NCBI GenBank assembly: GCA_049509455.1
Contig: JBEKZX010000013.1
Coordinates: 1-44,075 of the forward strand
From: Conexivisphaerales archaeon
GTDB taxonomy: Archaea > Thermoproteota > Nitrososphaeria > Conexivisphaerales > DTJL01
Length of the DNA stretch: 44,075 nt
Direction: 5' to 3'
Shown here: positions 8,647 to 19,100 of the stretch, piece by piece
Layout: every line of letters starts with the position of its first letter
How positions within the stretch are numbered: position 1 is the stretch's first letter
Made by a program: the position numbers and the translations under genes
The notes under the pieces: model-generated
The model's database searches: none
What the model was told of the DNA's origin: nothing
The model's input: only the letters and a program-made list of their open reading frames with translations

Positions 8647-10086
8647 TTGAGCGAAAGGAAGGCGGCCGACAAGGCGAAGGACTTTGGCCAGTGGTTCGAC
8701 TCCATGCTGGAACAGGCCCAGCTCATAGACTCGCGTTACGGTGTCAAGGGCTTCGTGGTCTACAGAGCCAGCGCCATGCGCATCTGCAAACGCATTTACC
8801 AGATGTTGGAGGAAGGTCTGGAGGCCAAGGGCCACCAGCAGGTGCTGTTCCCGCTCTTGATTCCGTTTTCATCCTTCAAGAAAGAGACCGAGCATATCAA
8901 GGGCTTCGAAGACGAGGTGTTCATGATCAGTGAGGCTGGGGGGGAGGAGCTGGACGAGAAGCTTGTGCTTCGTCCGACGTCCGAGACGGCCATTTACCCT
9001 ATGTATTCCCTATGGCTGAGGAGCTACCAGGACCTTCCTTTCAAGTTCTATCAGTCGGTGGCGGTATACAGGCGCGAGACCAAAGCCACACGGCCCCTGC
9101 TCAGGGGGAGAGAGTTCCTTTGGATTGAAAGCCACGACGTATTCGCGACCGCGGAAGGCGGCAAGGCTCAAGTCAGGGAGGACCTGGAGATCGCGAGGAA
9201 GGTGTTCGACCAGCTGGGCCTGGCATTCGTCGTGGCCGAGCGGGAGGAGTTCGACAGGTTCCCCGGCGCCGACAGCTCCTTCGCTTATGACGCCCTCCTC
9301 CCCGACGGTCACGTCCTTCAGATAGGGACTACGCACTTCCTTGGCCAGCACTTTACCAAGGCCTACGACGTCTCATACCTCGACGCCGCCGGAGAGAAGA
9401 AGACGCCGTATTCGACCTGCTTCGGGCCCGGCGTTTCGCGCATCCTAGCGGCGGTGGTCGCTACCCACGGCGACAACAACGGCCTGGTCCTGCCCTTCGG
9501 GCTGGCGGAATTCGACGTGGTGGTCATACCCATCCTCTACAAGGGAGTCGAGAAGAAGGTGGCTGCCAAGGCGAAGGAGGTGGCCGAGTCTCTCTCAGCG
9601 AAGGGACATTCTGTGTTCCTCGACGATTCCGACCTCACGCCCGGCAAGAAGTACTTCCGCTGGGAGACCAAGGGTGTCCCGGTCCGAGTCGAGATCGGCC
9701 AGAGGGAACTGGAGCAGGGGAACGTGACGCTTTTCAGACGCGATACCAAGGATCGCATCTCAGTCAAGGAGACGGACCTTGGGAGCGCCATCGAGCAGCT
9801 CCGGAGGGACATCCTCGAAGAGCTGCGGACGAGGGCCTGGAGCACGCTCAGGGAACGATTGGTGATAGTAAAGGACAAGGAGAGCCTCACGGCCAACTCC
9901 TCGAAGCTGGTCATCATGAAGGCTCCCTTCTGCGGCGCCCGGGAGTGCGCCGACTCCATCAAGGAGGCGACAGGTGGATACGAAGTGCGCGGAAAGGGCC
10001 TTGACGACGACGAAAAGCCAGGCGGCGGCTGCGTGTGGTGCGGTGCGCCGGCGGCCAGGACGGTTTACTTAGCCAAGGCCTTCTAG
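8647..10086 (+). CDS. proS: Prolyl-tRNA synthetase, archaeal/eukaryotic type
   Basis: LRPTSETAIY, RRETKATRPLLRGREFLW and QIGTTHFLGQHF motifs, plus the C-terminal C..C Zn domain. Confidence 0.97.
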   Translation: MSERKAADKAKDFGQWFDSMLEQAQLIDSRYGVKGFVVYRASAMRICKRIYQMLEEGLEAKGHQQVLFPLLIPFSSFKKETEHIKGFEDEVFMISEAGGEELDEKLVLRPTSETAIYPMYSLWLRSYQDLPFKFYQSVAVYRRETKATRPLLRGREFLWIESHDVFATAEGGKAQVREDLEIARKVFDQLGLAFVVAEREEFDRFPGADSSFAYDALLPDGHVLQIGTTHFLGQHFTKAYDVSYLDAAGEKKTPYSTCFGPGVSRILAAVVATHGDNNGLVLPFGLAEFDVVVIPILYKGVEKKVAAKAKEVAESLSAKGHSVFLDDSDLTPGKKYFRWETKGVPVRVEIGQRELEQGNVTLFRRDTKDRISVKETDLGSAIEQLRRDILEELRTRAWSTLRERLVIVKDKESLTANSSKLVIMKAPFCGARECADSIKEATGGYEVRGKGLDDDEKPGGGCVWCGAPAARTVYLAKAF

Positions 10087-10974
10087 CTTTCGCACCTGCG
10101 GCCTTAGCTCAGAGGCCGTCCGTTCGACGCTCCTAGCATCAGGTATTTTGCCCAGAGCGGGCTGGTCGATCTTGGAGGACGCGCAGGCGACGGCAAAGGC
10201 TAGCGAAGTTGGGAGGTCCTTGTCCATCCGGGCGGCGGCGTAACCTGCCCCAAGGAGATCGCCGGCGCCCACCCCGTCGAAGGGCCTGACCGACGGTGGT
10301 TTGAGAAAGAAGAGCTCGCCGCCAGCCCTCAAGTAGGTCCCTTCTCCGCCCGTAGTGACTAGGGACTCCTTCACGCCCAGCCTGGACAGGGCCGTCCCTA
10401 TCTCCAAGGGGTCTTCGCTTCCCGTCAGGACTTTCCCTTCATCTATGTCGACCTTCGTGGCGTCGACGTTTCTGAGCCTCTCCCTCAGCTCGGGGCTGTC
10501 CACGAGCGTCATCCCATCTTTGTCGAACCTCCTCAGGAAGCCCTGAGGATCAAGGTAGATGAACTTGGAGATGGCCCGGTACCTGGGGAGAGACTGAAGG
10601 GCAATCTCTCCAGCGACAGGGTTCACGAGGACGATGTCGTAGCCAGGGATGCCGGTCCTCGGCGGAGGGACGCCATCGCACAGGCTGAGGAGGCGCAGGA
10701 CGCGCCTGTCCCAGAGGAACGTGATTTCAAAGCGCGTCGTGGGGGATTCTGTCACTGGCGGATTAAGAAAATGGATGCCCGATTCGAGAATCTTGTGGAG
10801 GCGCTCGTCTCCGAAATCGTAGCCAATAGAAGTGGCCAACGTGACGTCGAAGCCCAGCCTCCTGAGGAGGAAGCCCATGTAGGTCGGTGGGCCGCCGAGG
10901 CTCTCGGTGGAATAGCCTTCAGTCGTGATAGTGTCCAGCACCAAGTGGCCGGCCACGAGGGCCTTCACGGTCAC
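10069..10974 (-). CDS. PfkB/ribokinase family carbohydrate kinase
   Basis: GHLVLD, LGGPPTY, DPQG and DGVGAGD motifs. Confidence 0.85.
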   Translation of the reverse strand: MTVKALVAGHLVLDTITTEGYSTESLGGPPTYMGFLLRRLGFDVTLATSIGYDFGDERLHKILESGIHFLNPPVTESPTTRFEITFLWDRRVLRLLSLCDGVPPPRTGIPGYDIVLVNPVAGEIALQSLPRYRAISKFIYLDPQGFLRRFDKDGMTLVDSPELRERLRNVDATKVDIDEGKVLTGSEDPLEIGTALSRLGVKESLVTTGGEGTYLRAGGELFFLKPPSVRPFDGVGAGDLLGAGYAAARMDKDLPTSLAFAVACASSKIDQPALGKIPDARSVERTASELRPQVRKLEGLG

Positions 10975-11106
10975 GACTTCATCTCTTCATCTATAAAACT
11001 TGAGCCCTTACTGGAGCCCATTCCCCCATAAGGGAGCAGACGCTTGGCAAGATGACCACCTATAAGCATTTTAAGGCGCCCCCTGAGGAGGTAAGCTGTA
11101 AGCCAT

Positions 11107-11385
11107 TTGACTCAGAAGAGGAAGAGTCGAGGAAGAAGCAAGGGCGGCAAGGGAAACAGCGGCTTCGTGCAGTGCAGCCAATGCGGTCGCCCCGTGCCCA
11201 GGGACAAGGCGAAGAAGGTCACACAGCGGATCACGCTCGTAGAGCCCAGTCTGGCGAGAGAGTTGAGGGCGGCAGGAGCCTACATCCCCTACGGGTCCAC
11301 CCAGAAATACTACTGCATATCCTGTGCCGTCCACTTCGGTGTAGTCAACGTCAGGGCCAAGGCCGAGAGAAACAGGCCATACTGA
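11107..11385 (+). CDS. rps26e: 30S ribosomal protein S26e
   Basis: KRKSRGR.KGGKG..G.VQC..CGR.VPRDKAKK...YCISCAVH motif. Confidence 0.96.
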   Translation: MTQKRKSRGRSKGGKGNSGFVQCSQCGRPVPRDKAKKVTQRITLVEPSLARELRAAGAYIPYGSTQKYYCISCAVHFGVVNVRAKAERNRPY

Positions 11386-11397
11386 GAGGACCATGGA

Positions 11398-11700
11398 TTG
11401 GCCTATGAGCGTCTAGTTCGCAAACTCACGAAAGAGAACCTGTGGCTATACATCCTGAAGATGCTCCAAGAGCGGCCTGACTACCCGCTGGGGCTGAAAC
11501 GCAGGTTCAGGGAGAAGTTCAACTTCGAGCCTGCTGGCATTACTTTCTACACGGTCCTCTACCGACTGAAGAATGAAGGCTTGGTGGCCTCCAAGAACGA
11601 AGGGGGGAGGACCGTCTACCTTTGCACGCAGAAGGGGGAGCAGGCCCTCCGCTTGGCCGTCGATTACCTCAAGACCACGTCCCAGAAGCTAGAATCGTGA
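11398..11700 (+). CDS. PadR-family winged-helix regulator
   Basis: LWLYILKML..RPDY...TFYTVLYRL..EGLV...RTVY..TQKG pattern. Confidence 0.85.
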   Translation: MAYERLVRKLTKENLWLYILKMLQERPDYPLGLKRRFREKFNFEPAGITFYTVLYRLKNEGLVASKNEGGRTVYLCTQKGEQALRLAVDYLKTTSQKLES

Positions 11701-12249
11701 GGAATATACGCAGAGGCGCTGCGCGAAGGTCACCAATGCCAGCGCCAGCACCAGGGCCACGCCGTAAAGGAGCAACCCAGCGATGCCAGCCACAGCAAGC
11801 GTGAGGAGCCTCTCAGCTCTTTCACCCACTCCCACTCCTTCAGCCTTGACGCCCAGGCCCTCGGCCTTCGCACGGCTGTAGCTGACCAGAAGGGAAAACG
11901 AAAGGGCCAGTAGAGGGAGCATCGGGTTCATCGCGTCTGATCCCACGATGCCCGCGTAGACGAAGACCTCGGCCAGCCGGTCGAGGTTGCTGTCCAAGAA
12001 ACCCCCTTTCCGGCTCACCTTCCCCGTGGAACGCGCCACGGCCCCATCCAGCACGTCCATCAGGCCGGAGAAGAGGATCAAGAGGCCACCTAGCTGCGGC
12101 CTTCCGTAGTAGAATGAAAGGCCAGAGAACAGGGCGAAGGCAGCGCCCATCCCTGTCCAGGCATTGGGGTATGGCAAGACGGAACCGCAGGCGCGGCCGA
12201 GTGAGTCCACGACGGGCTTTATCGACTGTCTCAACTTGGTAAGGACCAC
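11689..12249 (-). CDS. CDP-alcohol phosphatidyltransferase (archaetidylinositol-phosphate synthase-like)
   Basis: DVLDGAVAR...S..GGFLDSNLDR signature, followed by SYSRAKAE and ERAER. Confidence 0.92.
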   Translation of the reverse strand: MVLTKLRQSIKPVVDSLGRACGSVLPYPNAWTGMGAAFALFSGLSFYYGRPQLGGLLILFSGLMDVLDGAVARSTGKVSRKGGFLDSNLDRLAEVFVYAGIVGSDAMNPMLPLLALSFSLLVSYSRAKAEGLGVKAEGVGVGERAERLLTLAVAGIAGLLLYGVALVLALALVTFAQRLCVYSSRF

Positions 12250-12328
12250 ACCAGATTCCTCAGCGCTTCAAGGACAGCGCTACGAGAGGCCGCTATTAAC
12301 CTTGTCATGAGGGACCCTGTCGTCGATC

Positions 12329-12711
12329 ATGAAGATGCCTTTCCGAAGGACTCGCAGCGTGACGAAGGGGTCGACGATGGAAAGACGGAGACAGCTCAAG
12401 AACTGCTTCCCGAGGATCGATAGGTCCGAAGGGTTCGACCGATTCCTAATGAAAGCGTCGACGTGGACGCCCGGTCATCTGAGGCCCTCAAGGGCCAAGC
12501 CATGGGTTGGGTCGAATTTGGAGGCACCAGCCGCGGCACAGTGACCGTGCTGGACATGGAATTGTCCGGGCTAATCAGCCCCCGAATGCGTCACATCAAC
12601 AAGAGATCCGCGAAGAAGGTGGGCCTTGGCAACATCAAAGTTGAATACCCTTACGACGGGAGTTCTTCGACCGTCAGGCTGGTCGTCACAGGGGAGAGGC
12701 AGGGGAGCTGA
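12329..12711 (+). pseudogene. Possible frameshifted hypothetical gene joining ORFs 12329-12544 and 12463-12711
   Basis: GC-rich third-position bias moves from one plus frame to another around 12460-12490. No family recognised. Confidence 0.3.
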
Positions 12712-13065
12712 CCATGGACTAGATGTCTAAGCTAGCCTATCTCGAGACGTCGCTAATCGGGTCCCCAGCTCGCCCCGTGAACGGCTTCGTCTCTCATCCC
12801 TCCCAAGCCGATCCTGAAGTCCGGCCGCTGGCCCTGTGAAGTCGAACCGAGTATGAAGCGTGTCTTCTACACCAAGGCATGACCATGTCTCGAGAAAGTT
12901 ATCGCGTCTTCTTAGTCCCTGTGGAACAGGGGAGAATCCTCCCCAGCCTCCAACGGCTGGGAGTGGGCGACCTGGACCATCGCTTTGCGGACAGGAAGCC
13001 TTCTGTGTTCTGCAAGGACACAACTTTATCTGTGAGCAGGGCGCAACGGAAAGGCGAAACATCTG

Positions 13066-13317
13066 ATGAGCCCGAATGTCGATATATGTGGCATAGAAGG
13101 TTGCAGCCAACCTGCCAAGAGATCCATAAGCACCAAGAACCTCGCCGGCACAAGCCTCAGGGTCAAGGCGTCCGCGCGCAGGGTGAACCTCTGCAAGGTC
13201 CATTACAAGCAGTTCAAGAAGGAGACCAAAGAGGACAGAGCCATAGAGAAGGCCAGGTTCAAGCCCTTCGGCAGGCCGCACGCCTCCGGAAAGGACTCTC
13301 GAGTGAATGCGATTTGA
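13066..13317 (+). CDS. Small basic putative Zn-binding protein (C-x4-C ... C-x2-H), coupled to thrS
   Basis: CGIEGC...RS...LCKVHYKQFKKETKEDR pattern. Its TGA overlaps the thrS TTG start. Confidence 0.75.
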   Translation: MSPNVDICGIEGCSQPAKRSISTKNLAGTSLRVKASARRVNLCKVHYKQFKKETKEDRAIEKARFKPFGRPHASGKDSRVNAI

Positions 13318-15191
13318 GAATACTTCAGTTACACGCCGACTGGTTCGACTACGAGCCTGTGAAGAAGGAAATCGAGTCCGCCCAGCAGGTCAAGCAAGAG
13401 GGGAAGGTGCATCTCGAAGACCTGGTGGTCGCCTTCGTGTCCGTGGAGAAGGGAGACGGCGAGCAGGAAGCTGCGAAGGCCGCCCAAGCCGTCGCCGATT
13501 CGGCCTCCAACCTAAAGGCGCAGAGGATCCTCATCTATCCCTACGCCCATTTGAGTGGCGACCTGGCGTCCTCAGCGGAGGCCATCCCTCTGCTCAGCTC
13601 GGTGGCAGACGGTCTAAGAGAGAAGGGTTTCGAGGTTCACGAATCGCCGTTCGGCTGGACCAAGGGCTTCGACATCAAAGTCAAAGGGCATGCGATGGCT
13701 GAGCAGTTCAAGCTGATTAAGGCAGAGCTGGCCGTGGAGAGGCAAGGTGTCCCCAAGGCCGTCGCGGCGGAGGAGAAGCTGCGCTCCTACTGGTATGTGC
13801 TTACGCCCGAGGGCGAGCTCGTGCCGGCCAAGGAGTACGACTACGGCGGGCGGGAGAAGCTCAGGAAGCTGGCCGACTACGAGATGGCGAAGTCTAGGGC
13901 AGTAACGCAGGTGCCGCCTCACGTGCTCCTGATGCAGAGGCTGGCCATCGCCGACTATGAAGAGGGGTCCGACGTGGGGAACATGCGCTGGTATCCGAAG
14001 GGGAGGATGATCAAGTCCCTTCTTGAGAGCTACGTTACAGCCAAGGTCCAGGCCTACGGCGGCGTGGAGGTGGAGACGCCCATCATGTACGACATGCACC
14101 ATCCGGCCCTGGAATCCTACCTTAACAGGTTCCCGGCCAGGCAGTACATAGTCAAGTCGGATGACAGGGAGCTCTTCCTGAGGTTCGCGGCGTGCTTCGG
14201 CCAGTTCCTCATGGCCAAGGACGCAAGGATCTCATACAAGCACCTCCCTCTCAAGCTCTACGAGCTCACCCGCTACAGCTTCAGGAGGGAGAAGAGCGGC
14301 GAGGTCGTCGGCCTCAGGAGGCTCAGGGCGTTCACCATGCCTGACTGCCACGCCCTTGTAAAAGACTTCGAAATGGCCAAGAGCGAGATGAGCGTCAGAC
14401 TAGACCTGTGCCTTGACACGCTGGGAGGCGCCGGGATCCTGCCCGACGATGTGGAGATGGCCATCCGCTTTACGAAGGACTTCTACGAGAAGAACAAGGA
14501 GTTCGTCGTGTCGCTCGTGAAGAAGATGGGGAAGCCCGTCCTCGCGGAGATGTGGGATGAGCGCTTCTTCTACTTCGTCCTCAAGTACGAGCTGAACTTC
14601 ATCGACAACCTGGACAAGGCTTCGGCGCTGTCGACGGACCAGATCGACGTGGAGAACGCGGAGCGCTATGGCATCTATTACGTAGACGAGGACGGAAGCA
14701 AGAAGCACCCCATCATACTTCACTGTTCGCCCAGCGGGGCCATCGAGCGCCTAGTCTACGCGCTTCTCGAGAAGGCGGCGGCCGTCCAAGCCAAGGGGGA
14801 GGTGCCCGACCTTCCGTTGTGGCTGACGCCGACGCAGGTGAGGGTGATACCGCTTAGCAGCGATTTCGCTTCGTTCGCGGCCACGGCGGCAGACAGGCTG
14901 GAGGCCTCTTCGATAAGGGTCGACATCGACGACCGTGATGAGACCGTAGGCAAGAAGATCCGCGACGCCGAACGTGAATGGGTGCGCTACATCCTGGTCT
15001 TGGGCTCCCGGGAGGCCTCGGGAGGCAGACTCCAAGTGAGGGACAGGCGCATGGGCAAGATGCGGGAGATGACCCTCGAGGAGCTCGCAGTCGACGTGCA
15101 GAAAGAGGTGGCGGGTAAGCCTTTCAGGCCTTTGCCGCTGCCGAGGCAGGTGTCGCTGAGGGCCGCCTTCTCTCCCAAGGAAGGCTCGTAG
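13314..15191 (+). CDS. thrS: Threonyl-tRNA synthetase, archaeal type with N-terminal editing domain (true start TTG 13314, about 625 aa)
   Basis: MRILQLHAD, YPYAHLS, PFGW.K.F, LRFAACFGQF and RRLRAFTMPDCH motifs. Confidence 0.97.
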   Translation: MRILQLHADWFDYEPVKKEIESAQQVKQEGKVHLEDLVVAFVSVEKGDGEQEAAKAAQAVADSASNLKAQRILIYPYAHLSGDLASSAEAIPLLSSVADGLREKGFEVHESPFGWTKGFDIKVKGHAMAEQFKLIKAELAVERQGVPKAVAAEEKLRSYWYVLTPEGELVPAKEYDYGGREKLRKLADYEMAKSRAVTQVPPHVLLMQRLAIADYEEGSDVGNMRWYPKGRMIKSLLESYVTAKVQAYGGVEVETPIMYDMHHPALESYLNRFPARQYIVKSDDRELFLRFAACFGQFLMAKDARISYKHLPLKLYELTRYSFRREKSGEVVGLRRLRAFTMPDCHALVKDFEMAKSEMSVRLDLCLDTLGGAGILPDDVEMAIRFTKDFYEKNKEFVVSLVKKMGKPVLAEMWDERFFYFVLKYELNFIDNLDKASALSTDQIDVENAERYGIYYVDEDGSKKHPIILHCSPSGAIERLVYALLEKAAAVQAKGEVPDLPLWLTPTQVRVIPLSSDFASFAATAADRLEASSIRVDIDDRDETVGKKIRDAEREWVRYILVLGSREASGGRLQVRDRRMGKMREMTLEELAVDVQKEVAGKPFRPLPLPRQVSLRAAFSPKEGS

Positions 15192-15195
15192 GTTC

Positions 15196-16071
15196 CTATT
15201 TCATCAGGCTGACCAGCGAGAGCAGGAGGCTGAATACCTTCGCCGCCGTCGCCGAAGAGATCCCGTAGGGGTCCACCATCGGGTTCAGCTCCACGACGTC
15301 GAAACCCACGATCTCCTTCCCTTTGAGGATCTCCAGCATGCTGAAGAGCTCCTTGCTGGTTATGCCCCCCGGCTCGGGAGTGCCCGTCCCGGGCATGTAG
15401 GCCGGGTCGAGGATGTCAAGGTCCACTGAAACGTATACCTTCGTGGGGATGGTCATCAGGTACCTGAATTCGTCGAGGTACTTCGACTTCCCGATGTCCT
15501 TGCTGAAGATGGTCTTGAGCTTCTCGGATTTCACGAGCCTCCACTCCTCTCTCGACGCTGACCTTCCGCCGACATGTATTACTTTGTCGTAGCCTATCCT
15601 CTCCGACAGACGTCTGAGAAAGGTGCCGTGGCCCAGCTCCCAGCCGTATAGGTTTGCCCTGAGGTCGAAGTGGGCATCGAAGACTAGGATGTGGGTGTTG
15701 GGAGGCATAGCGCTGAAGGTCCCAAAGGTAAGCGTGTGCTCTCCTCCTATGACGCCGGGGACGTAGCCGTCGGAAACTATCTCCTCGGTAACCTTCGAGA
15801 CGGCGTCCACCATTTCCTGCGGGGTCGATGTCATCTGAAGGTTGCCTAGGTCTTCGACGGGGAGCTTATCGGCGTCGACGTCCAACCCGGGGTCATACAC
15901 CTCGATCTTCATGAACGCCTCCCGGAGGGCATTAGGCCCGAACCTGGAGCCAGGCTTGAAGCTGCTCGTCGCGTCATAGGGCACCCCGAATACCTTGCTT
16001 ATCGGCTTCTTCCCTTCGACCCGGTAGGAAACGTTCGGTTCGGGGTTTAGGAACAGCTCGGAATAGGTCAA
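15196..16071 (-). CDS. speB: Agmatinase
   Basis: PYDATSSFKPGSRFGP, GGEHT, DAHFD and DLDILDP motifs. Confidence 0.93.
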   Translation of the reverse strand: MTYSELFLNPEPNVSYRVEGKKPISKVFGVPYDATSSFKPGSRFGPNALREAFMKIEVYDPGLDVDADKLPVEDLGNLQMTSTPQEMVDAVSKVTEEIVSDGYVPGVIGGEHTLTFGTFSAMPPNTHILVFDAHFDLRANLYGWELGHGTFLRRLSERIGYDKVIHVGGRSASREEWRLVKSEKLKTIFSKDIGKSKYLDEFRYLMTIPTKVYVSVDLDILDPAYMPGTGTPEPGGITSKELFSMLEILKGKEIVGFDVVELNPMVDPYGISSATAAKVFSLLLSLVSLMK

Positions 16072-16199
16072 CTCGGTCCCATCTGCTCCTTTTCAGCAGG
16101 ATGCCAGTTCATGTCCCTTCTTATATAAGTCGAATCCTCGAAGTTGGCATCGCAGCAGGGAGGGAGGCCGCGGAGGGTCTTATGCGGAGCGAGATCGCG

Positions 16200-19100
16200 T
16201 CAGAACCCGAAAAAGTCCTCCAGCTTAGTGGCCCCGAGTATCTCGTCAAAGTCGTAGCCCAGGCTGTCCAAGAGCTGGTCGAACGTCCCGCGCATGTATT
16301 CTACGTACTTGTCCACGTCGATGTCTTCAGGCTTTGCTAGCTCGACTGGCTTGACGCCGACGCCGTTGGTGGTCTTGACGAAGGAGATGACGTCGCCGGG
16401 CTTCATCTCCCTTCCCCTCACTTGGAGGAGCTGCGCGGCCTTCACGTGTTGGGGCGTGTTCTCCGTGTACCTGTCCACCGATTTGCTCATCATGACGTGG
16501 AAGGCGAGGTCCTCCATCGGGATCTCCCTCCGCTTCAACCTGAGGTAAGTGTCCCGCAGCATCTGGCGGATGTTCTCCCTCGCAGCTGTGAACTCGTCGG
16601 GGTTCTTGACTTCAGAGAGCACCTTAAGCACGTCCTTGAAAGTCTTCTTGATGAATAACGGGATATTGGATTTCTTGCCGGTCAAACCCTTGACTTCCAG
16701 TGTCCCGTCAGGGTAGACCGCGGCGTAGTTCTTCTTGCGGTTGCTGAAGGCGGCGTACCTATAGACCTTGTCCACCTCCAGGTCTATCCCCAGCTCCTTC
16801 CTGGCCCAAGCCAGGATGAGGTCCAACTGATCGGGGCTGGGGGCTCTAAGGAAGACCGAGTCCGTGTTGTGGCAAAGGATCCCGTTGGCGAAGAAGCGGT
16901 GACTCCCTTCGACCTCCAGATCGTAGACGTAATTGTCCCCCTTGACCTCCGTAACGTCCATGACGCCGACGCTGACGAAGTCGCCTTCGCGCTCCGCCTG
17001 GGCGCCGCCAAGCGAGGCCTTGTGCAGCCTCCTCTTGGCCCTCGGGGTGAGGAAGCCGACCTTCTTGAACACGGCCTGCGCGTCCTCCATCTCCAGCCAG
17101 AACAGAGGCGATCCCGAAGTGCCGTCCTTCTTCACGGCGACGGTGTAGAAGGTAGAGGATGGCATCCCCAGGCGCCAGAGAAGCTCCCTGATTCCGTCGG
17201 GGATGCAGGCTCTCGGGCTGGAGAGCCTCGCCGCGCGACCGCCTTCCTCTAGCGAAAGCGAACCTTCGAGGCCGAACGCGCCCCTGAGGAACGAGGCGAC
17301 GTTCTCTTCAGATTCGTTGAAGATGAAAAAAGGGACCTGGGTCCGGCCGGAGGCCTCGGCCAGTTCTATGAGGAGGGTGGAAAGCTTCCCTCCCCGGATC
17401 GCGATCTCCCCGGGACTTCCCTGAAGGGTGTAGACGTCGACCCAGTCGCCTTCCTTAAGCTTGCCGACCAGGGAGACGAGCGCCTTCGAGTCCGACCCAG
17501 CTGGGATGACGTATCCGTCGAGATTCGTTCCCACGCATCCCTCGGTCCACTGGAACCTCCCCGAACCGACGAAAGAACCTAGGAACTCGTAGACCTCCTT
17601 AGGGTATCCCCGCACAGCGACCTTTTCGAGTGGGACTCGCGTGAGTGAGATCAGCTTCTTGACGCGCCGCCTAACCTCCATGGGCTTGATTTCGACGAAC
17701 TTCAGTGATTTCTCGCGACCAGCCTTGCGACGACCAGGCTGGAGGCTGATCAGGCTGTGGTCCTCTGTGACCGTGAGGGTCAGCCTGTTGGTTAGGCTCA
17801 ATCGGTAGAGCTTCTTCTTGGTCAGATGCCTCATCACGTACTTGACAGGGCTGAAGACCGCCCTGCCGGCGTCGTCCAAGGTCAGGACGCACAGTTCGCG
17901 AGGAACGAAGTACTCCTTCCCGTCGACCGTCGTGCCTGAAGGCCAGTCGAAAAGGTTCTCGATTCGCGTCGCGTGGACCCCGGCCGGCTCCTTGATCCAG
18001 ACGACGGAATCGCCGGCGACCGAGTCGCCATAGAGGACCTCCACACCCAGCTCCTTCGCCTTTTCTATGGTCTTCCCGATGGAGTATCGCCCTAGGGCAG
18101 CCGTCGCTTCAGCGACGGGAAGGCAGTAGAGGGCGAAGTTGTCGTATCCCATGACGCCGTAGGACGCGTTTAGAAAGACCTTCAATGCCTGGGATATGAC
18201 GTTGTAGAATTCCTTGTCCGCCTTTGTCAGGCCGGGCCTCTTGGCCAGGCTCTTGAAGTATCCAACCCTCACGTCGCGGAGGCTACCAATGAGGAGCGAC
18301 GTCATCCCCTTCCGCTTGGTACAGACCCAGTGGTCCGTCTCCGGGATGAGGTTGTTCCTGCATTCGGGGTGGACGCATCGGACCGTCTCGTAGCTGAGGT
18401 TGTAGACCTTGATGAGGGAAGGATACAGTGAGGCGAAGTCCAGGACGACGACGTTGAAGTGGACGCCCGGCTTGGGCTCCACGACGAAGCCTCCCTTGTA
18501 CTTCTTCCCCTTGATGATGGCCTCGGACGACGCGCCGCCCTTCCCTTCCAGGTCCTCCCTCCTGGGGACGAGAGCGTTCCAGCGGCGGTGCTCGAACACC
18601 ATCAGGCTGCGGATCCAGTTGGAGACGTTGAGCCTGGAGGCGTCCTCTAGAGGCATCTTCGAGATCCTGCAGATGGTGACGAAGAGCTTCATGAAGACGT
18701 CGTTGTTGAAGCGCGTGAGTTCCAGCGTGAGTTCCGCGTCAACGTAATTGTAATAGGCCAGCTCGTTCAGGGGGAGCTCCCCGATGGAGGCGTCTATCTC
18801 GACCTTCTCTCTCCCCAGCAGCCCCGAGGCGACCCCGTTGAGCGTGTGCTCAGAATACTTGTTGGAAAAGGCGTAGATCTGGACGCTCTTGTTGTTAAAG
18901 GCCTTGTAGAGGTCGATGTGTAGGCCCTGGCGGACGGAGGCCATCAGGTTCCCTCGAGTGATGGGGATGCTCTCCTTCGGGATGTTCATATTGAGCGACC
19001 GCTGATAGAGGTAGGGAAGGTCGAAGTCGTCACCATTAAAGGTGAGAACGACGGGGTACCTGATCAGGTCCTCGTACATCGAAAGGAGGAGTTCCGGCTC

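Noticed and set aside
12879-13313. N-terminal extension making ThrRS 770 aa
   Set aside because: The conserved ThrRS start MRILQLH is at TTG 13314. The extension overlaps a real small gene in another frame.
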